DNA from: Octopus vulgaris
Taxonomy: Eukaryota
Assembly: GCA_951406725.2 (NCBI GenBank)
Contig: OX597823.1
Span: 62,372,001-62,436,000 of the forward strand
Length of the DNA stretch: 64,000 nt
Direction: 5' to 3'
In this document: in pieces, positions 12,685 through 27,604 of the stretch
How the letters are laid out: each line of letters opens with the position of its first letter
Numbering within the stretch: the first letter of the stretch is position 1
The notes under the pieces: model-generated
Told to the model about the DNA's origin: nothing
The model's input: only the letters and a program-made list of their open reading frames with translations
Database searches by the model: none
Translations under genes and position numbers: made by a program

Positions 12685-12855
12685 TCTTATCTTTTCAGTC
12701 ATCAGACTGCGACTGCGCTGGGGCACCGCCTTGATGAAGTTTAATCGAACAAAACGACACTAGTTCTTTCTATTTTATGCCTGGTACTTTTTATTGGCCT
12801 CTTTTACCGTACCGCTAAGTAAACGTAAACACACCAGCACCAGTTATCAAGCCAC
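12685..12855 (-). mobile_element. SINE family A, 3' half
   Basis: TTTCAGTCAT..GACTGCG..GCTGGGGCACCGCC...GTAAACACACCAGCAC. Confidence 0.8.
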
Positions 12856-12921
12856 TATATACATACATATATATATATTTATATATATGGAAATTGATAC
12901 GTGGCGTTCGATCATATAATA

Positions 12922-12977
<56 letters not shown>

Positions 12978-13280
12978 TATATGTACATACCTACATATAT
13001 ATGTTTATATATACATGCACATATGGGTTCAGGACGTAAAACTAACGTGAACAAAATGAGAAACGAGAACATAAAAAGCAAAAACATGAAAAACGAACTT
13101 TCTTTTCGAACAACGAAAGAAACAAATACAGAAGCGAGACAGGCAACATAAGGAACATCTCTTCATCAGTTGTTCCCTGTTTTATCTACTCCGCGTTTCG
13201 CATTTTGTTCAAGTTTTTTGACATCCTGTGCCCATGTATGCATGTACATATACATATATATGTAGGTATGTACATATATA
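12978..13280. mobile_element. Penelope-like terminal fragment with inverted ends in (TA)n
   Basis: About 80-bp imperfect inverted termini (ATGTACATACCTACATAT...ATGGGTTCAGGACGT). Internal CGAAAC..CTGATGA on the minus strand. Related pieces at 18189-18360 and 27330-27390. Confidence 0.55.
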
Positions 13281-13347
13281 TATGTATATATGCATATGTT
13301 ATTTATATTATATACATCAGCATGGCCGCAGCTCTGAGCTGAAACTA

Positions 13348-13386
<39 letters not shown>

Positions 13387-13613
13387 AGATAAGAAAATGG
13401 AGAAATACATCTAAATCAAATATCAATTACCAGATAATACTCAATCACATACTTTATTAAACCACCACATAAGAGACTGTATGGTTAAACATAAAAAAGC
13501 AGAACAAATCAGTGTACATAAAGGAATGTACATAAAAAAGTGTACATAAAAGAGTAATGTTGTATAATAAGTAGAATATATATAAAAAAGAGAATATAAA
13601 TATAAGTATAGAT

Positions 13614-13746
13614 TACATCTTACAGCTGTTTCGGCCATGCAGATAAGTATGTCTCATTTTACCAATATTAGCTTTTTATGGTAGATCAATATATAGATAT
13701 AAATGAGACATTTACAACAATATCATAAGGCCTCCTCGGAGATATA
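13614..13746 (-). ncRNA. Type I hammerhead ribozyme motif with extended helix II
   Basis: Minus: TATATCT-CCGAGGA-GGCC-[about 90 nt]-GGCC-GAAAC-AGCT-GTA|AGATGTA. Helices I, II and III pair; GUA cleavage triplet. Confidence 0.75.
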
Positions 13747-15465
13747 CATATACATATGAGTGCATATACTCACACTCCTATACACATAAAAATATACATA
13801 TACATAATAATGTAAATAAATAATATAAATTAGTAAACATATATATGTTCCATATTCAACGCTTCAGTTCTTCAACTTAATATTATGATAATAAACATAC
13901 ACATATTAGTACCTAGATGCAAATATACATAGTCAATAGTACATTATATTACTTCCTACTAATTTCCAAAGTGTCATTAAAGTTAGCATCATTATCGTTG
14001 TCAATACCATTAATGCTACCATTGTTATCATACATAATATTATTAATAACGCTTACATTAGGATCCGAAGTGGCACATATGTATGTCCGGGTTCCAGTTA
14101 GTAATTTTCCTTATGACATAAATACACTATTGGATTTGAATTTAAATTATCATTGTCTGCCTCATGGTTGGTCCGTTGAGACCCGCCCGACCTCCACCAC
14201 ACCGCACAAGAAAAACATGCACATCCACATCCAACCTTAAACCCACACGTCCACATAAAAACCCACACACACATGAATACACCCCGACACATCCCTACAC
14301 ATTCACTAGATTGCAGAGTGCATGTCTGTCATCGCATGGCTTATAGACAAATCAATACAGGCAGCAGTGTCCATACACTAACACACACACTCACACGCAC
14401 ATCCGCATATACTCATAAATATTAATACACTCTCATATACTGTATCAGGGAACATTCGCACACACATATATACATATTTAAATATATGTCTGTGCACTCA
14501 TACGTACAAATAAAACCTATACTTACATCTACCCATGAATAAATATTTGCATATACATATATACATATCCAAAGACGCACCTGCGTACTGATATGTATAA
14601 GAAAAACATACATCCGTACATCCACCCACGAACATACCTATACGTACAAAAATATACATACGTACACATACACATTTTCACACACTTCTACACCTCAACC
14701 CACATCCACTAAATCATAAATTAAAATATATGTCTGCCCATCCAAAGACGTATATATACATACACAAAAAGTAAACAGAAGTTACTATTAACTTAGATAT
14801 AAGTTCATTAATTATAAATTAAATTAAATTGATTATAAGTTAGTAAGTGCCAAATAAACAAAAATAAATAATTAAATAAATAGATATAAATATATATATA
14901 TATATATATATCCATGTATAGATAAATAGATAAATAAAATGGAATACAAATTAAGGAGAGCACAAAGATAAACCTAATATAGTAAATATAAGTGGATACG
15001 CCGAAATGCATCCACATGCACATACATGTGCATGCACGCCCCCGCACGGACACGCGAATTCATGGCTGGGCCCAAACTAACACACGATCACCGAGATGTA
15101 CACCAGAACACGCGTACAAGTACACGCGAATGTCCGCAAGCGCTGCACGCGAGAGTGCACACACTGATGCACATGCGCGGGCGCACAAACTTCGGTGCAG
15201 CGCCACCCGAGCCCACGCTTGTGCAGCAGAAATACAACAACCCCCAACAAACCAACCGAAAAAAACCCCAAAAAAACCCCCTTATTTGCTCATCGGGATA
15301 GACAACTTATACTAATTATAGACTCTCACATATTACATATTGGTATAGCAAAAACTCAAACTAGTGCCCTTGTGCCCTAAGGTATGATGCGCTTATACAC
15401 CCTACACAGATAAAAGACTCTGTGGGGTTCCGAACATCATGCATATATCAGAATAACTCAATTTG

Positions 15466-15510
<45 letters not shown>

Positions 15511-16011
15511 GTGTAGATATGTTTGTGTGAAGAACAGTTTTTCTTTCATTGTTATTTATTAATTGATCTGGTTTAAATAATAACATACACACACACGCAG
15601 TACACATACACAATACACACACACACACTCTAACACTAGCACACACACACACACTTGCACACAGACACGCACACACTTGCACACACACAGACACGCATAC
15701 ATATATATGATAGCGAGAATAGTAGTCTATATTTTCTTATAGGAAGCTAATATCAAATTGCATAATTCGGTGCAACAATCGCACGCAACTGATTTTTAAT
15801 CTCTTGTTTCGAAAGAGTTAGACTTTATGGTAGTTGCTGTGAGAAGTGAGGAAGGGGACACACATACCCTCATGCATTGGAACCGTATGTTGTCGTGATA
15901 TGTGTCGATTGTTGGGGCTTTTTTAAACCTAGCGAAGCCTATCCCCCTTCAGATCAGATTACAAGAAATTCCACACACACACACTTTTCATTCCTCTTTT
16001 CCCTGCTCCTC

Positions 16012-16092
<81 letters not shown>

Positions 16093-16396
16093 CGTGTGTG
16101 AGTGTGTGTGTGTGCGTGTGAAATCACTTTTAATCTGATTTGAAATGTCCCCCCTCTCCACTGCTGCTTCTTATTTTTTATGGACCCCGAGGAATGAAAA
16201 GGAAAAGTCGACCTCGCGCTGGGATTTCAATGCAGAGTACAGAAAGCCAGAGTAAATACTGCAAAACATTGTACCGACTCGACACCCAATTCGCGAACAC
16301 CTCCAGCCAATGCACGCGCTTGTGTGCACGTGCATATGTAAATGAACTTTGACCGCATTAGAAATCAAAACGTGTTTTATTTTTATTTTTCAATGA

Positions 16397-16551
16397 CAGT
16401 GGCTGTGTGGTAAGTAGCTTGTTTACCAACCACATGGTTGCGGGTTCAGTCCCACTGTGTGGCAACTTGGGCAAGTGTCTTCTACTATAGCCTCGGGCCG
16501 ACCAAAGCCTTGTGAGTGGATTTGGTAGACGGAAACTGAAAGAAGCCCGTC

Positions 16552-16606
<55 letters not shown>

Positions 16607-16830
16607 TGTGTGTGCGTTTGTGTGTCTGTGCTTGTCCCCCTAGCATTGCTTGACAACTGATGCTGGTGTGTTTATGACCCCGTTACTTAGCGGTTCGGCA
16701 AAAGAGACCGATAGAATAAGTACTAGGCTTACAAAAGAATAAGTCCCGGGGACGAGTTGCGCGACTAAAGGCGGTGCTCCAGCATGGCCGCAGTCAAATG
16801 ACTGAAACAAGCAAAAGAGTAAAGGGCAAG
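16397..16830 (+). mobile_element. SINE family A, near full length
   Basis: GTGGCTGTGTGGTAAGTAGCTTG..GGGTTCAGTCCCAC...CAGCATGGCCGCAGTCAAATGACTGAAACAAG. Confidence 0.9.
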
Positions 16831-16837
16831 AGTATAA

Positions 16838-16900
16838 GGCACAAACCTTTGTGCACCATGATCTGGTTTCGTGCAGGACAATTTTTCCAACGGTCCGGAG
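16838..16900 (+). mobile_element. hAT/Charlie-like terminal fragment
   Basis: AACCTTTGTGCACCATGATCTGGTTTCGTGCAGGACAATTTTTCCA resembles, from recall, the MER1/Charlie subterminal sequence. Confidence 0.4.
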
Positions 16901-17065
16901 GATCATGCGCATAACAACACACCCCAACAAAATGTATAATATATAATTTAATCACTACATTTATAATACATATATCATGCAACGCCTAGCACACAGCGGA
17001 AGTTAATAAAATAGAAATTATATTTTAAAATTTCGGGTTGAACTTCTGGTATGCTTGGACGATTA

Positions 17066-17596
<531 letters not shown>

Positions 17597-18358
17597 TGCT
17601 GGACTTGTGCCTCCGTGGGAAACTTTCTAGGTGCAGTCCCATGGTAATTCGTGACTGAAGAAGGTCTTTACCCTTTACCCTTTACCCTTTTGTATTTAAA
17701 AACTTTCTGCTTTCTGTGCGGAGGTCAATTGGAGTAAAGAAGTGAAATAAGTTCAACCCATAATTGAAATCTTATCGTAAAGTTCATTATTTTGTCTATA
17801 ACACTTCCAATCAGGGTACAAAGTTGGAGTGCAACAACCGTCAGCACGAACGGGGTGATAGTATGATAACATCAACGGATGTTGAGATAACGATATGACC
17901 AATAACAAATCGGTTCTCTTACAGTAAGTCTTATCTGACGTGTCACAGATGCACATGTTTATTGTCACGACATTAGTTAACGACGCGACTGATATTATAT
18001 TCCTTTCCCCCACCCCATATATGTGTGTGTATGCATGAATATATAAATATGTGTATATGTGTGTATGTATGTATGTATGTATGTATATATATATGTGTGT
18101 GTGTGTGTATGTGTATACATTCATACATACACATGTATATGTATGTAGCTTTTATGTATATATGCTAATGCATTTGTATATATGTATGTTCGAAATGAAG
18201 AGTAGATAGACAGCCGACAACTGATGAAGGGCCCTTTCTTTGTGTTTACTTATCCTGTTTACTATTTTTCTCGTTGTTCACGTATTTAACTCGTTTGTTT
18301 ACGCATTTCATGTTATTTGCACCGCTGGTGATGTCCTGTACCCATATATGCATGTATG

Positions 18359-18391
<33 letters not shown>

Positions 18392-18403
18392 ACATATGCA
18401 TGC

Positions 18404-18435
<32 letters not shown>

Positions 18436-18438
18436 ATG

Positions 18439-18513
<75 letters not shown>

Positions 18514-18540
18514 GTATATATATGTATATATATGTATATA

Positions 18541-18647
18541 TATACACACATACACACATATATACACACCCCCTCATACATAATACATACATACATACAT
18601 ATGTATATATATATACATATACATATATATATGATAAATAATAAATA

Positions 18648-18733
<86 letters not shown>

Positions 18734-19043
18734 AGCACATAAATGTGAAACACGGTGGACAAAATAGGTTTGTATATTATAGATGGTTTAGTATGAGCAT
18801 ATACTGCTAAATGTATGTGTAATCGAACGTAGAAAATATTTATTTTTAAACGTATTTAACTTTTAATGTATTAATTGATTTATATTTTATGTTCTATATT
18901 TTACAAATAAATATTTACCTTGCGTATTTATAAACTCTTTAATTTAAGGTTTTCATCGATTTTATATTAAGATGATTTTATACCGATATTTGTTCATTGC
19001 ATGCTACCGGTCATTGTAAAGTGTATATACATACATGTATACA

Positions 19044-19102
<59 letters not shown>

Positions 19103-19569
19103 AAAAGCAGCAAAAATACCACAGAAACTGTTACTCAGAGTTTCACGTTCCTGTTCGTCGGGCAGTTATGCTTAGAATGAAACAGAAACAAGGTTATAAG
19201 CAAACATATACAGTAAGTTTAATGGATACACATTTGAAAATGGTTTCGTTTCCTTTGCCCTTTCAACTAACGGTCTTTACAATGACCGGTAGCATGCAAT
19301 GAACAAATATCGGTATAAAATCATCTTAATATAAAATCGATGAAAACCTTAAATTAAAGAGTTTATAAATACGCAAGGTAAATATTTATTTGTAAAATAT
19401 AGAACATAAAATATAAATCAATTAATACATTAAAAGTTAAATACGTTTAAAAATAAATGTTTTCTACGTTCGATTACACATACATTTAGCAGTATATGTT
19501 CATACTAAACCATCTATAATATACAAACCTATTTTGTCCACCGTGTTTCACATTTATGTGCTTACTCCG

Positions 19570-19635
<66 letters not shown>

Positions 19636-19652
19636 TATTTATTATTTATCAT

Positions 19653-19686
<34 letters not shown>

Positions 19687-19764
19687 GTATATGTATATAT
19701 ATATACATATGTATGTATGTATTATGTATGAGGGGGTGTGTATATATGTGTGTATGTGTGTGTG
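18541..19764. repeat. Long near-perfect inverted repeat (arms 18541-19021 / 19275-19764)
   Basis: The unique core 18731-19021 is the reverse complement of 19275-19565, with 2 mismatches seen in 291 bp; spacer 253 bp. Confidence 0.95.
19126..19167 (-). ncRNA. Minimal hammerhead ribozyme motif
   Basis: Minus: AACTGC-CCGACGA-AC(AGGAAC)GT-GAAA-CTCTGAG-TA|ACAGTT. Quasi-palindromic helix III; one mismatch at the base of helix I. Confidence 0.65.
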
Positions 19765-19765
19765 T

Positions 19766-20815
19766 TGGAGTATTCCTGTTTTCTTAAAACAAAGATATGA
19801 GCAATATTGTTGGAATGTAGATAAAAAGCAGTGTCACACGTTGAACTTCAGGAAAGTTTTGAATATTTTTACTGTTCCGCCTACAGATTGCATTTGTAAT
19901 GTACATGTTTCCTGGTTGATTTCTTTTCCTGAAAATCCTAACTTTTCCAGATTGCCACTTAGGTATTTACACAGAAAACAGAATGCCTCAATTATTATTT
20001 GTATAAATGTGTACTTATAATTTGGATGAAGAACCTGAAGGCTTCAAAGCAATTATCCATAACTGCCTTCGTTCTCTTTGATCTTCGCAGGCAGCTGACA
20101 TATATGACGGTACATATTTTTTCTTGTCACTCCCAAACTATATCCGGCCTTTATGTTTGCCTGTTATGTTTGTTCACAGTAGACATTTTGATAAGAATGT
20201 CCCACCAATGTTCCTTGTGCTCATATTTATCACGTATATGTTCAATGACAGTGTATATATATATATATATATATATTTCGGATGGCACTACTTATTGTTT
20301 TAGCAACAACGTCGCGTCGTTTTGGGGATTTAGTGTTTTCATGATATTTTGGGGTAGCTGCTAATCACATGTGTAGTATGTTACACAGAAATGTGCCATA
20401 ATTGACACTTTCAGTTACATCTTGATGCTTCAAGGGTTTCACTGTCTTTTTTTTTATTTATTAGGTATTTTGTACCAATCTCTTGTTCCTAGATAGCAAA
20501 CGCATAGCATTCGAGGTCTGATGTAGCTGTTACGAGTTCAAAAAGACAAGCCTTCATGTCGATATAAATGTTATCTTGAAGTCTTCGAGAAATGTACCCA
20601 GTTTTTCTTGTTGTATGCTGAGCGTTTCACACCCAGATCTTCTTTGAGGTATGATACTCTACCTGTTTTGGGGTTATATGGGAGCTTGTCGAGGAGAGGG
20701 TACTTCCTTAGGAATTCAATGCTGATTTGTAAGATGCTGTTCTCTTCGCCTTCCAGCACTAGGTTTATATTTATATTTGCCGCAGTTGTTTAGCAAATGC
20801 TGTCTGAAAGTTGAA
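19766..20815 (-). mobile_element. R4/Dong-like non-LTR retrotransposon 3' region (zinc knuckle + restriction-like endonuclease)
   Basis: With frameshifts: TSDLECYAFAI*EQEIGTKYL...KCQLW..THVISSYPK..RRDVVAKTI...WWDILIK..KHNR..RPDIVW..ICTVIYVSC...QMQSVGGTVKIFKTFLKFNV*. Confidence 0.8.
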
Positions 20816-20859
20816 CTCAGTGTGCTAGATAGACCAGCTAACAGTTACACGTACAACAG

Positions 20860-21400
20860 GAGTAGCTAAAAACCAGGAAAGATATATGACTAAGAATTAG
20901 AGATCCAGTGGAGCTTGAATGCAATGTATCAAAGTTATAAACAGGTTGCTTGAATATATTCCTCTAGGGTTACTGAGAAACACAGAGTGATGACTGAGAA
21001 GTAGACAGGAGGAAAGAAAGGAATATGAGGCTGTGTCGAGCAGATCTTCATCAAACACATCTATTCTTGAAGAAGCTAAACAGCACCCCAGCAATCCCCT
21101 GTTTGCATGACAAGACTACAAGTATAACCATAACCGTTTAACTATCTGTCACTCATGAATAAGAACTGAAGCGACTGCTGTTACTGACGAAACTAAGCAA
21201 TCAACAGGCATACTCCAGGATGGCAGCCATGTAATGCTTTTCATTATAACTATCCCTTGTCAGCACTGTTAAGAAAATTCAAAGAATACATAACACGATC
21301 TGCAGGTGGGAGAAACATTAATGCTGATACACTTATAATCGTTGCATTCACAAGATGATTCAATTTGGATATCATTAAAACACACAAAAGGAATTAATAC
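20860..21400 (+). mobile_element. R4/Dong-like reverse-transcriptase fragment, inverted relative to 19766-20815
   Basis: KN*R..LNAMY..TGCLNIFL...*TGGKKGI*GCVEQIFI..ILEEAK..A*QDYK...GILQ...DD corresponds to RT domains 1-5. Confidence 0.7.
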
Positions 21401-21573
21401 ATAAAATAATCATAGACCCTAAAAGAAAATGTTTCTCGTATATTTTCTAGGGAAGCATGCCGTTTTCAAGATGCTTGCAATAATGTGCATATTGAATGAA
21501 ATTAATGATTTTTTTTTTCATCGGTAAATTTTCCAATATTTATTGCAATGTTCGGTTGAATACAATGCTGTTA

Positions 21574-21576
<3 letters not shown>

Positions 21577-21658
<82 letters not shown>

Positions 21659-21850
21659 TTCTCTATCTCTATCTCTCTCTTCCCCTCTCTCTCTCTTCCT
21701 TTCTCTCCCCTCTCTCTCTCTTTCTTTCCCTCTCTCTCTCTCTCGCTCTCTCTCGCTCTCTAACTATCTATCTATTTGTGTACGTGTGTGTCTGTGTGTG
21801 TGTGTGTGTGTGTGCGTACATGCATGCGTGCGTGCATGCATGTGTACGTG
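21577..21850. repeat. Compound (CT)n/(AT)n/(GT)n microsatellite
   Basis: Direct reading. Confidence 0.9.
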
Positions 21851-22112
21851 TAGCAAAAGAGGAAACAACTGAAAATGAACTTGCAATATATATGATCTTT
21901 ATGCTTGAATAGTTGTGCGCTTGTGCAAAATTTCAGCTACTAAAGTGTGAAACTGTGGCTTGCGACTTGGAACGTACATGCATTCACTTTACATTTATAC
22001 ACACACATTTATGTGTATGTGTGTACATGAGCACATAATTACACACCACACACATGCACACACTTGTGATTGACAGACAGTATAATTAAATAACATGCTT
22101 CACGATATTTAC

Positions 22113-22640
22113 CTTTGATGGACAATCCTGCTGGTCCGATGTAAGATATGAGGTATCATCCTCATCTTCAACATCATTATCACCAGTCTGATCACAGTGA
22201 CAACAGTCATCATAATAACCATCTTGACCATTATCATTATGATCGCCACATTTGTATGAATTATCATCGTATGCATTATAATCCTCATCGTTGTTGACGT
22301 CCTGATTATCATCGTTAACATTATTGGAGAAGGAGTGTCCGTGTGGAAGTGGAGTGGATCGAAAACGCAAACCGTAGAGATCTTGTGGTAACGGAGGGGG
22401 TGGCCTGGGCGGTGGGCTCGGGGAAGAATTCTGGCAGTTGACCGAGCATGGGGCGGAGAACGAAGAGTGAGTGCAGGAAGAGGAGAAATTTTGCCAACAC
22501 TGTTGCTTGTCTTCAGAATCGCGTAGTACGTGTACCTGCTTGCAACACCTCATCAAAACCCAGTGGTTTGACTGCGTTTGTTTGTTAAGTCTGGTCTGCT
22601 CTTCTCCCGAATTACGGTAGCACGAAACAACAAACCACAT
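22113..22640 (-). CDS. Candidate first coding exon of an unidentified host gene (Pro-rich and Asp/Asn-rich N-terminus)
   Basis: 176 open codons of non-repeat sequence from ATG 22640 (MWFVVSCYR...SPPPRPPPPLPQ...DVEDEDD..CPSK), ending at a phase-0 donor AAG|GTAAAT. No recognisable domain. Confidence 0.5.
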
Positions 22641-23388
22641 GTTTAGCTTGTTTCTTGTATGTATTATATATGTTTTTGTAAATGTCATATATGTATGTAA
22701 TATATATAAATAAAATGTGATGTGTTTGTGAGTGGGTATGTAATGAATTTTATATTTCAGATTGGTTTATTAAATAAGGTAGGTATGCATCTTTATAAAT
22801 AGATTTGTATATAAATATATTTTCATATATATAATGGAATATAAAATAAATGACTTTCGTTCACTGAAACTTACGTAACATTGACTTGACTTCCCTTTTC
22901 CTCGATTAGAATTACTGTCGTTCACTTTGTGATGATTATAACATACTTATTTGATATATATATGACTTGGGTTGGTGAAATGCTCCTTTAATAATTGACC
23001 GAAGTATGACCAATCATTCTTTTGCTAATCAGATGTAACACTTACACAGCTTTTCGAATACTATGCAAGCAAGATTCTTGCAGGAAGTGCAACAGATCGC
23101 TGGGGTTTTACTTATCCCTTCAACATATATATATATATATATATATAATATATATGTATGTACGTATGTAAGTCCCTTTTTTAGAAGTTCTTCCGGTAGA
23201 TGATGACAAGACTGATTCATTTGTATATATTAATTTGTATATATATATATTTGTATATATTGAGATCAAAAAACGGGCCAATGTCCATTGCTATCATTGG
23301 GATTTAGCAGTTCTTGTACCTTTGCGCGAGCAGCATGAAATAGAAACAAAGAACAAAAAGAAAATAGACAAAAAAGTGCAGTAGTTTG

Positions 23389-23825
<437 letters not shown>

Positions 23826-24011
23826 TGCACTACTGTAGGCGCAATGTCTTAAATTAGAGTAAACAAGAAGTGATTTTGTTTGTTTTTGAGTCGGCTTTTT
23901 CGTAATCTATTTAAAATATGGTTATTGCACACGCATTCACACCGGTGTGCACACACGCACACACATACACATGTACGCACAAAAACTTTCACCTAAACAC
24001 ATATACAATGA

Positions 24012-25075
<1,064 letters not shown>

Positions 25076-25211
25076 GTACACGCATACAGATTCTCATGCG
25101 TAAACGATGTTGGCATCGGAATCATAAGATCGAAGGTTGCCTTTGAATAAGGCATTTCTTTTCACGTTGTCCCAAAATCATCCACTCTAATGAATACCAG
25201 CTCTCTCTCCA

Positions 25212-25289
<78 letters not shown>

Positions 25290-25441
25290 TATCACATCCT
25301 ACCTCGATATTTTATCGTATTTTACGATTTCATTGGATTCACCCACTCATTTTAGGGATTTTGTCGTTCACATATATACATATATTTCATATATATATAT
25401 ACATATATATATATGTGTGTGTGTGTGTATGTATGTATGTT

Positions 25442-25471
<30 letters not shown>

Positions 25472-25472
<1 letters not shown>

Positions 25473-25662
25473 TATAAGAGAGATGACCACTAAGTGGACA
25501 TCCATATGCTAGAAGGGATGTTCTCAAGAAAATTTAGCAAACGCCAGAACGTAAGCGTTTGCTAAATTTTCTTGAGAACATTCCTTTGTTAGTGGTAAGA
25601 CCATAGGGGGGGGGTCAACTTCTAGCATATGGATGTCCACTTAGTGGTCATACCTCTTATAT
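25472..25662. repeat. Nested inverted repeats (fold-back element)
   Basis: Outer 44-bp arms 25472-25515 / 25619-25662 (2 mismatches). Inner 32-bp arms 25513-25544 / 25555-25586 (1 mismatch, 10-nt loop). Confidence 0.9.
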
Positions 25663-25784
25663 GTGTGCAATATAATTTTTCTGAATCTTCAGATTTTTCT
25701 ATATGCCTGTCCACTAGTTTTAAATTGATACTAAATCAAATTAATATTCAATTTTTCACCCTTATCATTTTAAATTTAAATTTA

Positions 25785-25865
<81 letters not shown>

Positions 25866-26813
25866 TTATAATATATATTTATTTATAATATATATAGTGA
25901 GGGAGGAGAAAAGCAAAGTTAATATAAGTAAAAGTGAAAGCAAAGAGAGAGTGAGAGAGAAAGAAAGAAAGAGCGAGAGAGAGCTATAGGCTTTAGTTGC
26001 GGCAATTCATATGTTCGTTCTGATTTTTGAAGTACAATGTTTTGCTTTGTAAAAATGTATATAATTTATAACACACGTTCAAAATATATTATCATATTCG
26101 CATTTGTTTTAATTTTTTTTTTCCAGGGAAGTTGAATAGCGTGATTGATAGAGTAAAGGAGAAAATAACTTGAGGTATTTAAGTTGTGTACCTTAAAACT
26201 CTTGAGTTTAAAACTCGTCAAGATCGACTATGCCTTTCCCCACTTTCCGGGGACGATAAAATAAATGAATACTAAACGGATGGTTGAAACAAATAACAGA
26301 TAAAAGATTTATATAATTTTAACCGTTTGTCTGTCCTGTGTATCACGTGATATACCTTGGCGCCCATGTATCATATATGATGCATAGACGCCATTTTTTT
26401 TTTAACCACCAGAGTAAGTAGGGACTTATGAAAGGAAAGCTTTTATATTACTCAGAACTTATGAAACAAGGGTTAACTAAAAGTCTGAAAATAAACATGG
26501 ACGTTTGGGACAAATTTATATGAATGTTTTGAACAGGCGAAGGTTTGAGAACAAATTACCATGCGATACGTTGTGTACTTTTTGTGGGAGAACGGGTGGG
26601 AGTAAAGCGGCAAAATCAAGGGCTTCCCCGGGTGGCACACGCCCTAGCTCCGCTACTGTATTTGGTAAATTATACGTCACAACTTCTCTATCAGAATTCC
26701 TAAGGTCAACTTTGCCATAAATCCTTTGCTTAGGAGTGGGGTCGATGAAATATACCGGTCCAACGAAGTGGATTGGCGGAATTATTAGAGAAATGAATGG
26801 GGTGCCTTGTGGA

Positions 26814-26869
<56 letters not shown>

Positions 26870-27262
26870 TACTCTTTTACTTGTTTCAGTCATTTGACTG
26901 CGGCCATGCTGAAGCACCGCATTTAGTCGAGCAAATCGACCCCTGGACTTATTCTTTGTAAGCCTAGTATTTATTCTATCGGTCTCTTTTGCCGAACCGC
27001 TAAGTTACGGGGACATAAACACACCAGCATCGGTTGTCAAGCGATGTTAGGGGGAGAAACACAGACACACAAACACACACACACACATATACATATATAC
27101 GACGGGCTTCTTTCAGTTTCCGTCTACCAAATCTTCTCACAAAGCTTTGGTCGGCCGGCGGCTATAGCAGAAGACACTTGCCCAAGGTGCTACGTAGTGG
27201 GACTGAACCCGGAACCATGTTGTTGGTAAGCAAGCTATTTACCACACAACCATTCGTGCGAC
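26870..27262 (-). mobile_element. SINE family A, full length, adjacent to (AAT)n
   Basis: Matches the 17066 copy. Confidence 0.9.
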
Positions 27263-27268
27263 TATAAA

Positions 27269-27317
<49 letters not shown>

Positions 27318-27604
27318 TAGATACATACATATATGTACATACCTACATATATATGTATATATACATGCATATATGGGTACAGGACGTCATATTATGCCCT
27401 GGTTCTGAGAATTCTGAGTTTCAATTTCACCCTGTTACCGAAAACTATTGACATTTCTGTGAGGAACTGTCATCAGCAAACAGTATGAACAGTTTGCAAA
27501 TATAAACCAATGGGAACATCGTTTCAGTTTCCTTCGTCCAGTCACAGCATCGTCTGTCACCATCAAGATAAGAGTACCCCAAATCTTTTCCTATTTTTTA
27601 AAAA

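Noticed and set aside
15255-15300. CCGATGA hammerhead half on the minus strand
   Set aside because: No matching GAAA or helix III was found downstream.
17753-18124. 123-aa Cys-containing ORF
   Set aside because: It starts in microsatellite, with no recognisable motif or convincing splice signals.
26323-26472. Third piggyBac-like MITE (TTAA..TTAA)
   Set aside because: The terminal inverted match is too weak and there is no second copy in the window.
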